Source: a virus (taxonomy: Duplodnaviria; Caudoviricetes). Taken from it: a stretch of DNA of 41,267 bases. Made by a program: the position numbers and the translations under genes. A model generated the notes under the pieces. The model was not told the origin of the DNA, did no database searches, and was given only the letters and a program-made list of their open reading frames with translations. The stretch spans positions 1 through 41,267 of the IMG/VR virus record IMGVR_UViG_3300008107_000259; one strand, 5' to 3'. Below, piece after piece: positions 1-9,652 of this stretch (position 1 is the stretch's first letter; each line of letters starts with the position of its first letter).

Positions 1-57
1 CACACCGCTTGCTCCTTTTAGGTATCATTTAGGAAGGCAAACCAAACAGGAGGCAAC

Positions 58-414
58 ATGTCTAAAGAAGTAACACTGCCATCAGGGGCAAAAGTAACAT
101 TAAAAGATCCATCAACATTACGCGTAAAAGATCGCAAGAATGTAATGAAGTCTGCGGATAACGCAGTAGGTGGAGATTTAACAAAAGCACTTGCATTAGG
201 TGATGCACTTATTGCCATGCTTGTTGAGTCATGGACATTTGATTTAATTCCGCCATCAGTCAAACTTGAGTCATTAGATGAACTAACAATGGCTGATTAT
301 GATGCTTTGGTAGAACATACAAAAGACGCGCAAAAGTATTTGTTCCCTAATTTAACTGAAACGCCACAGACAGAGGCAGACCCAAAAGCGGGTGGCGAGA
401 ACTCCAACGCCTAA
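58..414 (+). CDS. Tail assembly chaperone (gpG-like)
   Basis: Follows the tail tube gene on the circular map; SD GGAGG; slippery heptamer C-CCA-AAA at 381-387 near its 3' end. Confidence 0.8.
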   Translation: MSKEVTLPSGAKVTLKDPSTLRVKDRKNVMKSADNAVGGDLTKALALGDALIAMLVESWTFDLIPPSVKLESLDELTMADYDALVEHTKDAQKYLFPNLTETPQTEADPKAGGENSNA

Positions 415-611
415 AATGGTTGCTCAAGGGTGGGGAAAGGCATGAAGCCTTTTCCTATCCTGATGAGCATTGGTATTACTACCAAATGGCAGAGCGGTTT
501 GGTTGGACACCTGAACAGGTAGATAACTTGCCCGCTAATACGGCGGATTGGTTAATAGCAATTGCTAGAACCGTTGATGAAGTGAAAACAGAAAGGTTGC
601 AAGATGGCTGA
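381..611 (+). CDS. -1 frameshift extension of the tail assembly chaperone (gpGT-like)
   Basis: The -1 frame is open from CCCAAAA into ORF 420-611; FGWTPEQVDNLP motif typical of gpT regions; the TTG start is TTA in the second copy. Confidence 0.8.
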   Translation, partial: PKSGWRELQRLKWLLKGGERHEAFSYPDEHWYYYQMAERFGWTPEQVDNLPANTADWLIAIARTVDEVKTERLQDG

Positions 612-1077
612 AATTGTTATCAAGAACCTTAAAGATGTTCTCGCCGCTATTGATGGCGCGGCTGAAAAAATTGAACAAGGCGCACAATTAGGAATTATGC
701 GCGTTGGCCTTGCAGTAGAACGCCAGGCAAAATTAAACTTTCAAGGCACACGCAGTTATGAAAAGCGTGTAAGTAAAAAAACTGGCAACCCGTGGTTAAA
801 AATTACTCCACCAAGACATGTTGGCGGATCAGGGCCTAACACTATTACAGGTAATCTCAAACGATCTATTAAAACTACTTACCGTGTTGGCTTAGGTATT
901 TACACCGCTGAAGTTGGGCCAACAATGATTTATGCCCGTCAAGTAGAAAAGGGCGGCGGAAAATGGCCTGCGGGGTTAAAATACCCTTACTTAGAACCTG
1001 CGGCTTTAATGCTATTGCGTAGCGGCAAAATCAACAGGATCTTTACAACCGCTGTTAAAGAGAAATTGGGGAGTTAA
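604..1077 (+). CDS. HK97 gp10-like neck/tail completion protein
   Basis: Motifs TGNLKRSI, YARQVEKG and YPYLEPA. Confidence 0.75.
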   Translation: MAEIVIKNLKDVLAAIDGAAEKIEQGAQLGIMRVGLAVERQAKLNFQGTRSYEKRVSKKTGNPWLKITPPRHVGGSGPNTITGNLKRSIKTTYRVGLGIYTAEVGPTMIYARQVEKGGGKWPAGLKYPYLEPAALMLLRSGKINRIFTTAVKEKLGS

Positions 1078-1079
1078 TC

Positions 1080-4000
1080 ATGGCTGATCTAATCCCCCCA
1101 ATGCTTATTAAATTACAGGCAGATGTAGAAGGTTTAAAATCAGGTTTAGCGCAAGCGGAAAACGCAATCAAAGGCGTAGATAAATCTGTTCAACAGGCTT
1201 CTACTGGCATGACTAATTTTGTTGGCAAGGTAAAACAAATTGGTGCATCTCTTGGTATTGCTTTTGCAGGAACTCAGGTTCTTCAATTTGGTAGAGAAGT
1301 AATACAGCAAGCGCAAGAAGCAGAAGCGCAACAACAGCGTTTGTACCAATTGATGAAGGTTGGTACTGGTGCAACTGATGAACAAATTGCCGCACTTAAT
1401 GCTCAGGCTGATGCTTTACAAAAAGTAGGCGTTGTTACTGCGGGAAACATTACGCAGACACAATCACAGTTGGCAACATTTAATTTGCAGGCTGACACTA
1501 TTGAAAGATTAACGCCTGCCATTCTTGATTATGTCACGGCTGAAAAGGGCGCTAATGCAAGCGCTGATGAATTTAAACAGATGACTAACGGATTGGCACA
1601 AGCGCTTAACGGCAACTTTGGATCTCTTACAAGAGTTGGTTTTGTGCTTGATGAAACTACAAAAAAACAAATTTCATCAGGAACGGAAGCACAACGCTCC
1701 GCCGCTATTGTTGAAGTGCTTAATTCAACATACAAAGATTTTAACAAAGAATTGCGCAATACTCCTGAAGGCCGTATGCAAGTTCTTAGAAATGACTTTG
1801 ATCAATTAAAAGAAGATTTAGGCAAAAAATTATTACCTGCATTAAAAGTTGTAACAGACTTTTTAACTGATCAACTTATTCCAGGGTTACGCACTTTTGG
1901 AACATTTGTTAAAAACAATTCAACGGTTATCATTACATTAACTGGTGCAATTCTAGGAGGTGTTGCCGCTTACAAGGCTTACTTAGCAATTCAAAAATTA
2001 GTAGTTGTTACAACTACTGTTTTAAAAGTTGCGCAAGTTCTTTTTACAGGAGCAACGCTTGCTTCTATTGCTTCTACTAATGGGCTTGCCGCATCAATGC
2101 TTGCACTTAATGCGGCTATGCGAGCAAACCCGATTGGCATCATTGTCACCGCTGTTGCCATGCTTGCTACTGGTTTTGTAGTTGCTTACAAGAAAAGCGA
2201 AACATTTAGAAATGGCGTAGCCGTTGTTGCTAAGGCTGTTATTAGTTATGTAGCCTTTATGATCCGCGCATGGGGTGACATGATTACCATTATTATGAAG
2301 GTAGTCACAGGGCCTCTTAAATTGTTCTTAACCGTTTTATCTAAATTGCCTGGCGTTGGCGGCGCGGCTAAATCAGGTTTAAGCATGATTGACGGCGCTA
2401 TTAAAGGCGTTGGAGATTTTGCTGAAAAAACAGCAACTAAAATTGAAGGCTTAAAAGGCGCTGTAGATAAATTTACTGCCTCCGCAAACAAGTCTGCCAA
2501 AAACGATACAACAAAAGGTAAAGGCGGAGGCGAAGGCGGCGGCGGTGGCGGCGGTAGCGGTAGCGGTGGTGGCCTTACTGACGCACAAAAAAAGAAACTT
2601 GAAGGCTATAAAAAAGATGTAGCAAAAATTTACAAAGACATGAATGAAGTTATTGCTGACTCTCAAGAAAAGGCTCAAGAGGTTCTTGAGGCGCGCAACG
2701 AAAAAATGTTTGAAGCGCACAAGCGTTATGATGAACGCGTTGCTGAACTTAAAAAACGATTTAGAGAAGCAAATGAAGAAGCAGATAAGCGTTTTGAGGA
2801 AGCAAAGGCTGATGCGCAAAAGCGCAGAGATAAGGCTGAAACAGAAGCATACAAGCGTAATAAAGAAACGCTTGAAAACATTGAAAAAGATTATGCTAAC
2901 AAAAAAGCAGATCTTCTTAAAGCCAACAATGACAAACTTGATGACATACGCAAAAGCGCGGCTGAAAAAACCGCCACTTTAACTAAAGCCGCGGCGGAAA
3001 AACAAGCAAACATTATTCAACAGGGCGTAGATCGTTTGCGTAATGCTTTTGCTTCTAAAACTGGTTTTGATGTAGGCGAAGCATTTAAGGGTGGCGCAGA
3101 TAGTGCAGACAAACTTCTTGCTGATCTTAAGGCTAAGTTAGCCGCGGCTAAAGAACTTCAGGCTAATGCGGCGGCTCTCGCTGGCATGGGCTACAGCCAG
3201 GTATTTATTGAGCAAGTTGTTAAAAATGGCCCTGAAGCGGGTAACAAAATTGCAGAGGCTTTAAAAGCCGCATCACCTGAAGCAACAAATGAATTACAAG
3301 AACTTTACTATGGATTAGAAGATGTTTCTGCACATGGGCTAGATACACTTGCTAAGCAAATGAGTACATCTACCAGTTTTGCAACTGAAGAAATGATGAA
3401 CGCATACAACCAAGTTTCTATTGATCTTAAAGAGTCATTGGCTGAAGTCAATACTCAAATGACAGAAGCGTTGGCAGAGTCTAATAAGGCTTATGAAGAA
3501 GCAATGGCTCAAGCCCAAAAAGATCGTAATGAAAAAATTGCTGATGCTAATAAGGCTTTAACAGAAGCGTTGGCTAATGCTAAAGAGGCTTATGATGAAG
3601 CCATAGCGGACGCTACAAAGGCTCTTACAGAGGCTAGAGCGGAAGCGCAAAAAAACTTAACTGAAGGACTTGCGGAAGCAACTAAAGATCTTCAAGAGGC
3701 GCTTGCAGAGGCTCAGAAGGACTATGAAAAGGCTATTGATGACATAAACAAAGCCACAATGAAAAAACTTGCTGACCTTCAAGATAAATTAAAAGAAGTC
3801 GCTGATGCTATGAAGGCTCTTGGTGCGGCTCAAGCGGCTCTTTCTGCAATGCAAAATGCTCCTACTATTGCTAAAAAAGGTGACATTATTCCCGCCGCAG
3901 GTTACGATCCTGCTCGCGCAGGAATGACCGCCAACCCTTACGCTAATTCAAATTTAACTGTTAATAACAACATTACAGCAACTAAAGTTGATCCGTATGA

Positions 4001-4085
4001 TGTTCACTTAGCGGTTATTAGCGCCGTTAAATACGGTAATGCTGTAACGGCTGGTGGGGGAAAAGGTAGTGCGCTAATACTATGA
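1080..4085 (+). CDS. Tail tape measure protein
   Basis: 1001 aa, Ala-rich and helical; hydrophobic ANPIGIIV segment; 11-residue repeats near the C-terminus (ADANKALTEAL/ANAKEAYDEAI/ADATKALTEAR); position after chaperones. Confidence 0.93.
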   Translation: MADLIPPMLIKLQADVEGLKSGLAQAENAIKGVDKSVQQASTGMTNFVGKVKQIGASLGIAFAGTQVLQFGREVIQQAQEAEAQQQRLYQLMKVGTGATDEQIAALNAQADALQKVGVVTAGNITQTQSQLATFNLQADTIERLTPAILDYVTAEKGANASADEFKQMTNGLAQALNGNFGSLTRVGFVLDETTKKQISSGTEAQRSAAIVEVLNSTYKDFNKELRNTPEGRMQVLRNDFDQLKEDLGKKLLPALKVVTDFLTDQLIPGLRTFGTFVKNNSTVIITLTGAILGGVAAYKAYLAIQKLVVVTTTVLKVAQVLFTGATLASIASTNGLAASMLALNAAMRANPIGIIVTAVAMLATGFVVAYKKSETFRNGVAVVAKAVISYVAFMIRAWGDMITIIMKVVTGPLKLFLTVLSKLPGVGGAAKSGLSMIDGAIKGVGDFAEKTATKIEGLKGAVDKFTASANKSAKNDTTKGKGGGEGGGGGGGSGSGGGLTDAQKKKLEGYKKDVAKIYKDMNEVIADSQEKAQEVLEARNEKMFEAHKRYDERVAELKKRFREANEEADKRFEEAKADAQKRRDKAETEAYKRNKETLENIEKDYANKKADLLKANNDKLDDIRKSAAEKTATLTKAAAEKQANIIQQGVDRLRNAFASKTGFDVGEAFKGGADSADKLLADLKAKLAAAKELQANAAALAGMGYSQVFIEQVVKNGPEAGNKIAEALKAASPEATNELQELYYGLEDVSAHGLDTLAKQMSTSTSFATEEMMNAYNQVSIDLKESLAEVNTQMTEALAESNKAYEEAMAQAQKDRNEKIADANKALTEALANAKEAYDEAIADATKALTEARAEAQKNLTEGLAEATKDLQEALAEAQKDYEKAIDDINKATMKKLADLQDKLKEVADAMKALGAAQAALSAMQNAPTIAKKGDIIPAAGYDPARAGMTANPYANSNLTVNNNITATKVDPYDVHLAVISAVKYGNAVTAGGGKGSALIL

Positions 4086-4942
4086 CAACTTTAACGCAGG
4101 TTTATTCATTTGCTTTCAACAATCAAGTATTTGGTGGCGCTGGTTCTCCTTATCAAATTTTAAGCGTTGATGGCCTTGAGTCATTGCCTGGTATCCGCAA
4201 TCAAGATGATAACCGCGGCTATCATGATGGCATGTTTACAGGCCGCGATTTTCTAAGCGGTAGAGTGATTTCAATTATTTTTAATACTTTTGGCGATAGC
4301 AACGGATCTGCTCAAACAAATTACAACACAATTCAAAGCGTTCTTTTGCCTCAAACATCAGGAACAACACCGCTTTATTTTAAGTTTCCAAACATTCCAA
4401 CCAGTGAGCAATTTGTAAACGCCCGTGTTCGCGCAATGCGTACAACCATTGATCCTAATTACACTTATGGATACATTACATCTCAAGTTGATTTCTTTTG
4501 CCCTGATCCAAATTATTACAACAGTAATTTGCAGACTGCAAACATGCTTATTAGCGCGGCTTTAGGGCGTACCTATAACAGAACTTTTAATTATACATAC
4601 GGTGGCGGTTCTTCTAGCGTTACAACAACTATTCAAAACATTGGTTGGGCTACTACTTACCCAACAATTACTATTCAAGGCCCTATTACAAATCCTGTTA
4701 TTGGTAACACAACAACTGGCAATACACTTAATTTTACAGGAACTTATAGCGCTTTAGATACTTTAGAAATTGATCTTTACAATCAATTAATTACGCTTAA
4801 CGGAAACCCTGCGCGTAATCTTTTAATTTCAGGAACATGGTTTGATGCGCCGCCAGGCAATTCAAATTTCTTTTTTACTGGCACAAGCACATTAGCGGGA
4901 ACTACTCAGGCTACCGTTTCTTGGTATTCTGCGTACATCTAA
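4082..4942 (+). CDS. Distal tail (Dit-like) protein
   Basis: Directly after the tape measure gene (ATGA overlap); FFCPDP motif and NIGWATTYPTITIQGP segment. Confidence 0.8.
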   Translation: MTTLTQVYSFAFNNQVFGGAGSPYQILSVDGLESLPGIRNQDDNRGYHDGMFTGRDFLSGRVISIIFNTFGDSNGSAQTNYNTIQSVLLPQTSGTTPLYFKFPNIPTSEQFVNARVRAMRTTIDPNYTYGYITSQVDFFCPDPNYYNSNLQTANMLISAALGRTYNRTFNYTYGGGSSSVTTTIQNIGWATTYPTITIQGPITNPVIGNTTTGNTLNFTGTYSALDTLEIDLYNQLITLNGNPARNLLISGTWFDAPPGNSNFFFTGTSTLAGTTQATVSWYSAYI

Positions 4943-4952
4943 GGGAGAATAA

Positions 4953-5843
4953 ATGACACTACAAACGCCCCCATCATGGCTACAGGCAGGCTCATACCCT
5001 GCTCAGTATGACCGTTTAACAGCGCAAGCATTGTGGGCTACTACTGGCACAATTGGCGCTTCTTCTTTAGCCGTTAGCGCTAATTCACCTGTTGGCATGT
5101 CGGTACGGGTTGCTTCAGGCTGGGCGGCTATTGTTGGAACAACAACAATTAACATGGGTGTTTACACAATTTTTAATGACGCAACAGACACTTTGACAAT
5201 TACAACAGCCGATCCAACAAACCCACGGATTGATCTTGTATGCGCAACAGTGCGTGATGCTTTTTATTCAGGTGCTAACAATGATGTAATTTTTCAAGTA
5301 ATCGCAGGAACTCCTGCGGGATCTCCTGTTGCTCCTACACTTCCTGCCAATTCAATTTCACTTGCAACGGTTGCAGTAGGCGCGGCTGTAACTCAAATTA
5401 ACGCAGGTAACATTACAGACACACGCGTTGATGCAGGAACAAATCTTTCAGGTGACATTTCTAGCGTTACAGCGGGCGCAGGATTAACAGGAGGCGGATC
5501 AAGCGGGGCTGTAACTTTAGCCGCAAGCGTTGCAACAAATGCACAAACAGGAACTTCATACACTTTGGCTTTGTCTGATAATGGAAAACTTGTAACACTT
5601 TCTAACGCATCACCTATTGCGGTTACAATTCCTCTTAACAGTTCTGTAGCGTTACCTGTTGGTGCTGTTATTATGATGAGTGAATACGGTGCTGGCAATG
5701 TAACTATTTCAGGTGCAGGAGGCGTAACAGTGGTTTCAGCGGGAGCAACAGCGGCAAGCCCCATAATCCGCGCTCAGTATTCTTCAGTTGCGGCTATACA
5801 AACTACAGCAAACAACTGGTTAGTAGTGGGAGATCTAATCTAA
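4953..5843 (+). CDS. Minor tail / fibre-anchoring protein
   Basis: DPTNPRIDLV motif seen in actinophage minor tail proteins; C-terminal beta domain ending VVGDLI. Confidence 0.7.
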   Translation: MTLQTPPSWLQAGSYPAQYDRLTAQALWATTGTIGASSLAVSANSPVGMSVRVASGWAAIVGTTTINMGVYTIFNDATDTLTITTADPTNPRIDLVCATVRDAFYSGANNDVIFQVIAGTPAGSPVAPTLPANSISLATVAVGAAVTQINAGNITDTRVDAGTNLSGDISSVTAGAGLTGGGSSGAVTLAASVATNAQTGTSYTLALSDNGKLVTLSNASPIAVTIPLNSSVALPVGAVIMMSEYGAGNVTISGAGGVTVVSAGATAASPIIRAQYSSVAAIQTTANNWLVVGDLI

Positions 5844-7195
5844 TGTCAATGTTGGCTGTTATTTCAGGATCAGGCAGACAAAAACCTAATGCCCCAACAA
5901 TAGGAACTGCAACAAATGTTGGTACTGGACGCGCATACAATAATGGCGCGGCAACAGTTACTTTTACTGCGCCTGCTTACAATGGGCGTTCCGCTATTAC
6001 TTCTTACACGGTTACATCTAGCCCAGGTGGATTTACTGCATCAGGTGCTTCATCACCTTTAACTGTTACAGGGTTGCAATCATCTACTTCTTACACTTTT
6101 ACTGTCACTGCAACAAATGCAATAGGAACATCAAACGCATCATCTGCATCAAACAGTATTACAGCAACAACAGTTCCTCAAGCACCTACAATTGGAACAG
6201 CAACGGCTGGAAACGCAAGCGCAACAGTTACTTACACAGCGGGCGCAACAGGCGGATCTGCAATAACAACATTTACAGCAACTTCATCTCCTGGATCTTT
6301 AACTGGAACAGGTGCAAGCCCAATTACAGTTTCAGGTTTAACCAACGGAACTGCTTATACATTTACAGTTACAGCAACCAACGCTAACGGAACTTCAACG
6401 GCTTCTGCCGCTTCTAACTCTGTAACTCCCGCAATTCCTAAAACTCCTAATGTTGAATACTTTGTTCTTGCTGGTGGAGGACAGGGCGGATACCAATGTG
6501 GAACAAACCCTGGTGGCGGCGGTGGCGCTGGCGGATTATTGACTGGCACAGGTTTAGCGGTTACGGCTGGAACTACTTACACGGTAACGGTAGGCGGTCA
6601 AGGCTCTAACTCAGTATTTTCAAGTATCACTTCAAATGCTGGTGGCCGCGGTGGACAAAATGGTGGAAACGCTGGGCCTGGACAAAATGGTGGTTCAGGA
6701 GGCGGTAACTCAGGTTCAGGTCAAGCATCAGGAACGGGTATTGCAGGACAAGGCAACAACGCTGGTTCAGGTGGTATAGCGGGTGGCGGCGGCGGTAAAG
6801 GTGGCGTTGGTACTTCGGTTAATTATGTGAGTTGTGCATGGCAACCTGGCAATGGTGGTAGCGGTTCTGCATTTTCATTTAGCGGTGCAAGCGTCACATA
6901 CGCAGGTGGCGGTGGTGCTTCAGGATTTAACGGACAACCTCAAGGTTCAGGTGGTAGCGGTATAGGTGGTAACGGTAGCGCTACTGGTAGCGGTGGAAGT
7001 GGAGCGTCTCAAACAGGTTCAGGAGGTGGAGGTAGTGGTTCAGGCGGCCCAGGTTCAGGATCAGGCGGAGTAGTTATGGTTAGATACTCCAATACTTACC
7101 CTGATGCCGCTGCCACTACAGGTTCTCCTTCATTAACAAACACGGGCGGTTACAAAATTTACCGCTGGACTGGAAGCGGGAGCATAACAATCTAA
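5843..7195 (+). CDS. Tail fibre/adhesin with two Fn3 repeats and a glycine-rich domain
   Basis: Two P-x-APTIGTAT...YTFTVTATNA repeats followed by a GGGG-rich C-terminus. Confidence 0.8.
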   Translation: MSMLAVISGSGRQKPNAPTIGTATNVGTGRAYNNGAATVTFTAPAYNGRSAITSYTVTSSPGGFTASGASSPLTVTGLQSSTSYTFTVTATNAIGTSNASSASNSITATTVPQAPTIGTATAGNASATVTYTAGATGGSAITTFTATSSPGSLTGTGASPITVSGLTNGTAYTFTVTATNANGTSTASAASNSVTPAIPKTPNVEYFVLAGGGQGGYQCGTNPGGGGGAGGLLTGTGLAVTAGTTYTVTVGGQGSNSVFSSITSNAGGRGGQNGGNAGPGQNGGSGGGNSGSGQASGTGIAGQGNNAGSGGIAGGGGGKGGVGTSVNYVSCAWQPGNGGSGSAFSFSGASVTYAGGGGASGFNGQPQGSGGSGIGGNGSATGSGGSGASQTGSGGGGSGSGGPGSGSGGVVMVRYSNTYPDAAATTGSPSLTNTGGYKIYRWTGSGSITI

Positions 7196-7572
7196 TGGCA
7201 CATTTTGCAGAACTAGATGACAACAATGTTGTTAAAAGAATAGTTGTTATCCATAATAATGAATTACTTGATGAAAACGGTCAAGAGTCAGAACAAAAAG
7301 GTATTGATTTTTGTTTAGAATTATTTAAAGGGGGTGTTTGGAAACAAGCCTCTTTTAATAAAACTTTTCGCAAAAATTACCCAACGCCAGGAGAAACTTA
7401 CGATCCAATCCGTGATGCTTTTATTCCGTTTAAGCGTTTTGACTCATGGGTGCTAAATGAGGAAACTTGCCGTTGGGAAGCCCCTATTCCAAAGCCTGAA
7501 ATACAGCCTGGAATTAATTACATTTGGAACGAAAATGAGGGTAAGTGGGATCAAATTCAAGTACCTATGTGA
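7195..7572 (+). CDS. Conserved phage protein (MAHFAE type), possible fibre assembly partner
   Basis: Coupled to the Gly-rich fibre gene (TAATG overlap); FRKNYP...YD...DAF and WEAPIPKP motifs. Confidence 0.55.
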   Translation: MAHFAELDDNNVVKRIVVIHNNELLDENGQESEQKGIDFCLELFKGGVWKQASFNKTFRKNYPTPGETYDPIRDAFIPFKRFDSWVLNEETCRWEAPIPKPEIQPGINYIWNENEGKWDQIQVPM

Positions 7573-7604
7573 TAGTCTGTTTGTAATCTATTTTTGGAGG
7601 CAAA

Positions 7605-8300
7605 ATGGAAATTGTATTTACAGATGTTCACAACCCTGAGGGTGTACTAGAAAAACCTAAACCCGCTATTCATTACATTCCTGAATGGTATAAAAACGCT
7701 AAGTCTTACGAACCTGATAACAAAAAAGAACCTTCTTTAGATGGTACGCCTGTATCTACCATAAAACGCTGTATGCCTTTATGGGATCTCATGACGGCGG
7801 GGTACATCATTGAAACACCTTATGACATTTATGTAAGACAAACTCCTGAAGGGCCTTATTTTCAATGGGGCGAAATGCAAGCAGTAGCATTTCAAATAAT
7901 GGAGCAATTTCAAAATCACCCTTATTCAAGAGAAATAAATTACGCAGTCAGAATAGTTCACCCCTGGAGCATTAAAACTCCTAAAGGTTGGTCAATTTTA
8001 GTGTGCGAACCTCAACACCATGAGCCAGGCCCAATTATTTGCACAAATGCAATAGTTGATACAGATAATTTTTCTTTACCTTTTAACATGTTTCTTAAAT
8101 TACGCAATCCTAATTTTGAGGGAATGATCCCTGCGGGAACTCCATTTATTCAAGTTATACCGTTTAAGCGAGAAGCGTGGACATCTAAATTAGGCGGCAA
8201 AAAAGAAAAAGAAAAACATACATCTGATGTGCGTAAGTTTAATACAGTATTCTTTGACCGTTACAAAAAATTTTGGTGGCAAAAAAAAGAATACAAATAG
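7605..8300 (+). CDS. DUF6065-like protein
   Basis: TIKRCMP, PWSIKTPKGWS, IVDTD and IPAGTPFIQVIPFKR motifs; SD GGAGG; extended -10 TGaTAGTCT at 7570-7578. Confidence 0.55.
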   Translation: MEIVFTDVHNPEGVLEKPKPAIHYIPEWYKNAKSYEPDNKKEPSLDGTPVSTIKRCMPLWDLMTAGYIIETPYDIYVRQTPEGPYFQWGEMQAVAFQIMEQFQNHPYSREINYAVRIVHPWSIKTPKGWSILVCEPQHHEPGPIICTNAIVDTDNFSLPFNMFLKLRNPNFEGMIPAGTPFIQVIPFKREAWTSKLGGKKEKEKHTSDVRKFNTVFFDRYKKFWWQKKEYK

Positions 8301-8308
8301 GAGAATGA

Positions 8309-9421
8309 ATGGCTACAACTTATCGTTACCTATTTGTTGATTTGCTTAGTAATACCATCATTGGAGAACTTCCTTTAACTGGTGTTGGTTTTACTCAACA
8401 ACTTAATCAGCCTGGAACTTTTCAAGGCCATCTGCTTCTTTCAGGCGTAAACGCCGATAAATACAATGTTGAACTTTCAACCATTCCTGCGCATTGTGGC
8501 CTTTATGTAGATCGTGATGGCATTTTAGTATGGGGTGGAGTTATTTGGGGGCGTAGTTACAGTAGCGCTTCACAGACTCTTACCTTTAGCGCGCAAGAAT
8601 GGATCTCTTATTTTGATCACAGACGCGTTACTCAAGATGTTCAGTTCACAAACATTGATCAATTAGTAATTGCCAAAACCCTTATTGAAGATGCTCAAAC
8701 AGCAACTTATGGTGACATTGGTGTTGGCTATAACAGTGCAGGTCAAACCACATCAGGCATTTTAGTGAACCGTACTTATTACAATTATGAATTAAAAAAT
8801 GTATTTCAAGCGGTGCAAGATCTTAGCCGCCAGGGTGACGGTTTTGATTTTTCTATTGATGTTGAGTATGACGGCATAACAGGTTTGCCTGTTAAAAATT
8901 TTAACACTTACTACCCGCGTAGTGGAACGGCTTACACATTTGGTGATCCTAATGTTCCCGTATTTACTTTTCCTGCGGGCAACATGGTTGAGTATGAATA
9001 CCCTGAAGATGGTTCAGCCGTAGCCAATACTGTTTATGCGTTAGGGGCTGGATCTAATGAAGGAAAACAAATTGCCGTAGGGCAAGACATTACAAAACTT
9101 TCAGCGGGTTGGGCGTTGTTAGAAACAACGGCTAATTATTCAGACATTACAGATCAAACGGTTTTGCAAGAATTAGCAAATGCCCAATCACTTGCAACTT
9201 CTTACCCACCAACAGTTCTCAAAGTAGTTGTACCCGCGTATGTTGATCCTGTATTTGGCACTTATGCACTAGGTGATGACGCTCGCATTATTATTACTGA
9301 TAGCCGTTTCCCAAATACTCTTGATGAAATTTACCGTATTGTTGGCCTTACGGTTCAACCAGGAGAAGATGGCCCTGAGCGCGTAACATTAACTCTTGCA
9401 CAAGGAGCAGGTGAAGCGTAA
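8309..9421 (+). CDS. Minor tail protein (ReqiPepy6 Gp37-like)
   Basis: VDRDGILVWGGVIW and ANTVYALGAG motifs; located in the tail-tip cluster. Confidence 0.7.
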   Translation: MATTYRYLFVDLLSNTIIGELPLTGVGFTQQLNQPGTFQGHLLLSGVNADKYNVELSTIPAHCGLYVDRDGILVWGGVIWGRSYSSASQTLTFSAQEWISYFDHRRVTQDVQFTNIDQLVIAKTLIEDAQTATYGDIGVGYNSAGQTTSGILVNRTYYNYELKNVFQAVQDLSRQGDGFDFSIDVEYDGITGLPVKNFNTYYPRSGTAYTFGDPNVPVFTFPAGNMVEYEYPEDGSAVANTVYALGAGSNEGKQIAVGQDITKLSAGWALLETTANYSDITDQTVLQELANAQSLATSYPPTVLKVVVPAYVDPVFGTYALGDDARIIITDSRFPNTLDEIYRIVGLTVQPGEDGPERVTLTLAQGAGEA

Positions 9422-9636
9422 TGGCATACATAAATCAACCTTTAGATTTACACAGAATGTTTACGGACATTAATACCCGCTTAAACAAATTAGAAACGGC
9501 TACACGCTTTACATTTCCTAATGTAACTTCAGATCCAACTTATCCGCGTATTGGTGATGCTTGGTTAAACATTACAACTAATCAAGCCAAAATAGTTGAT
9601 GCAAGCGGAAATGTTCGCGTACTTAATTGGACATAA
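9421..9636 (+). CDS. Small tail-associated protein
   Basis: TAATG coupling; short coiled coil followed by a GDAWLN motif. Confidence 0.6.
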   Translation: MAYINQPLDLHRMFTDINTRLNKLETATRFTFPNVTSDPTYPRIGDAWLNITTNQAKIVDASGNVRVLNWT

Positions 9637-9652
9637 TTGGTAACATTTTCTC

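Larger units (their letters stand above)
1..695. repeat. Terminal overlap, copy 1 (imperfect direct repeat of 40573-41267)
   Basis: Colinear with no indels at offset 40572; about 58 substitutions by manual count, mostly synonymous. Confidence 0.95.

Noticed and set aside
1-695. Diverged repeat pair as a diversity-generating retroelement TR/VR
   Set aside because: No reverse transcriptase gene; substitutions are mostly synonymous and not adenine-specific.
1146-2982. Antisense and shifted ORFs within the tape measure gene, and similar shadow ORFs elsewhere
   Set aside because: Fully overlap well-supported genes and lack motifs or translation signals.
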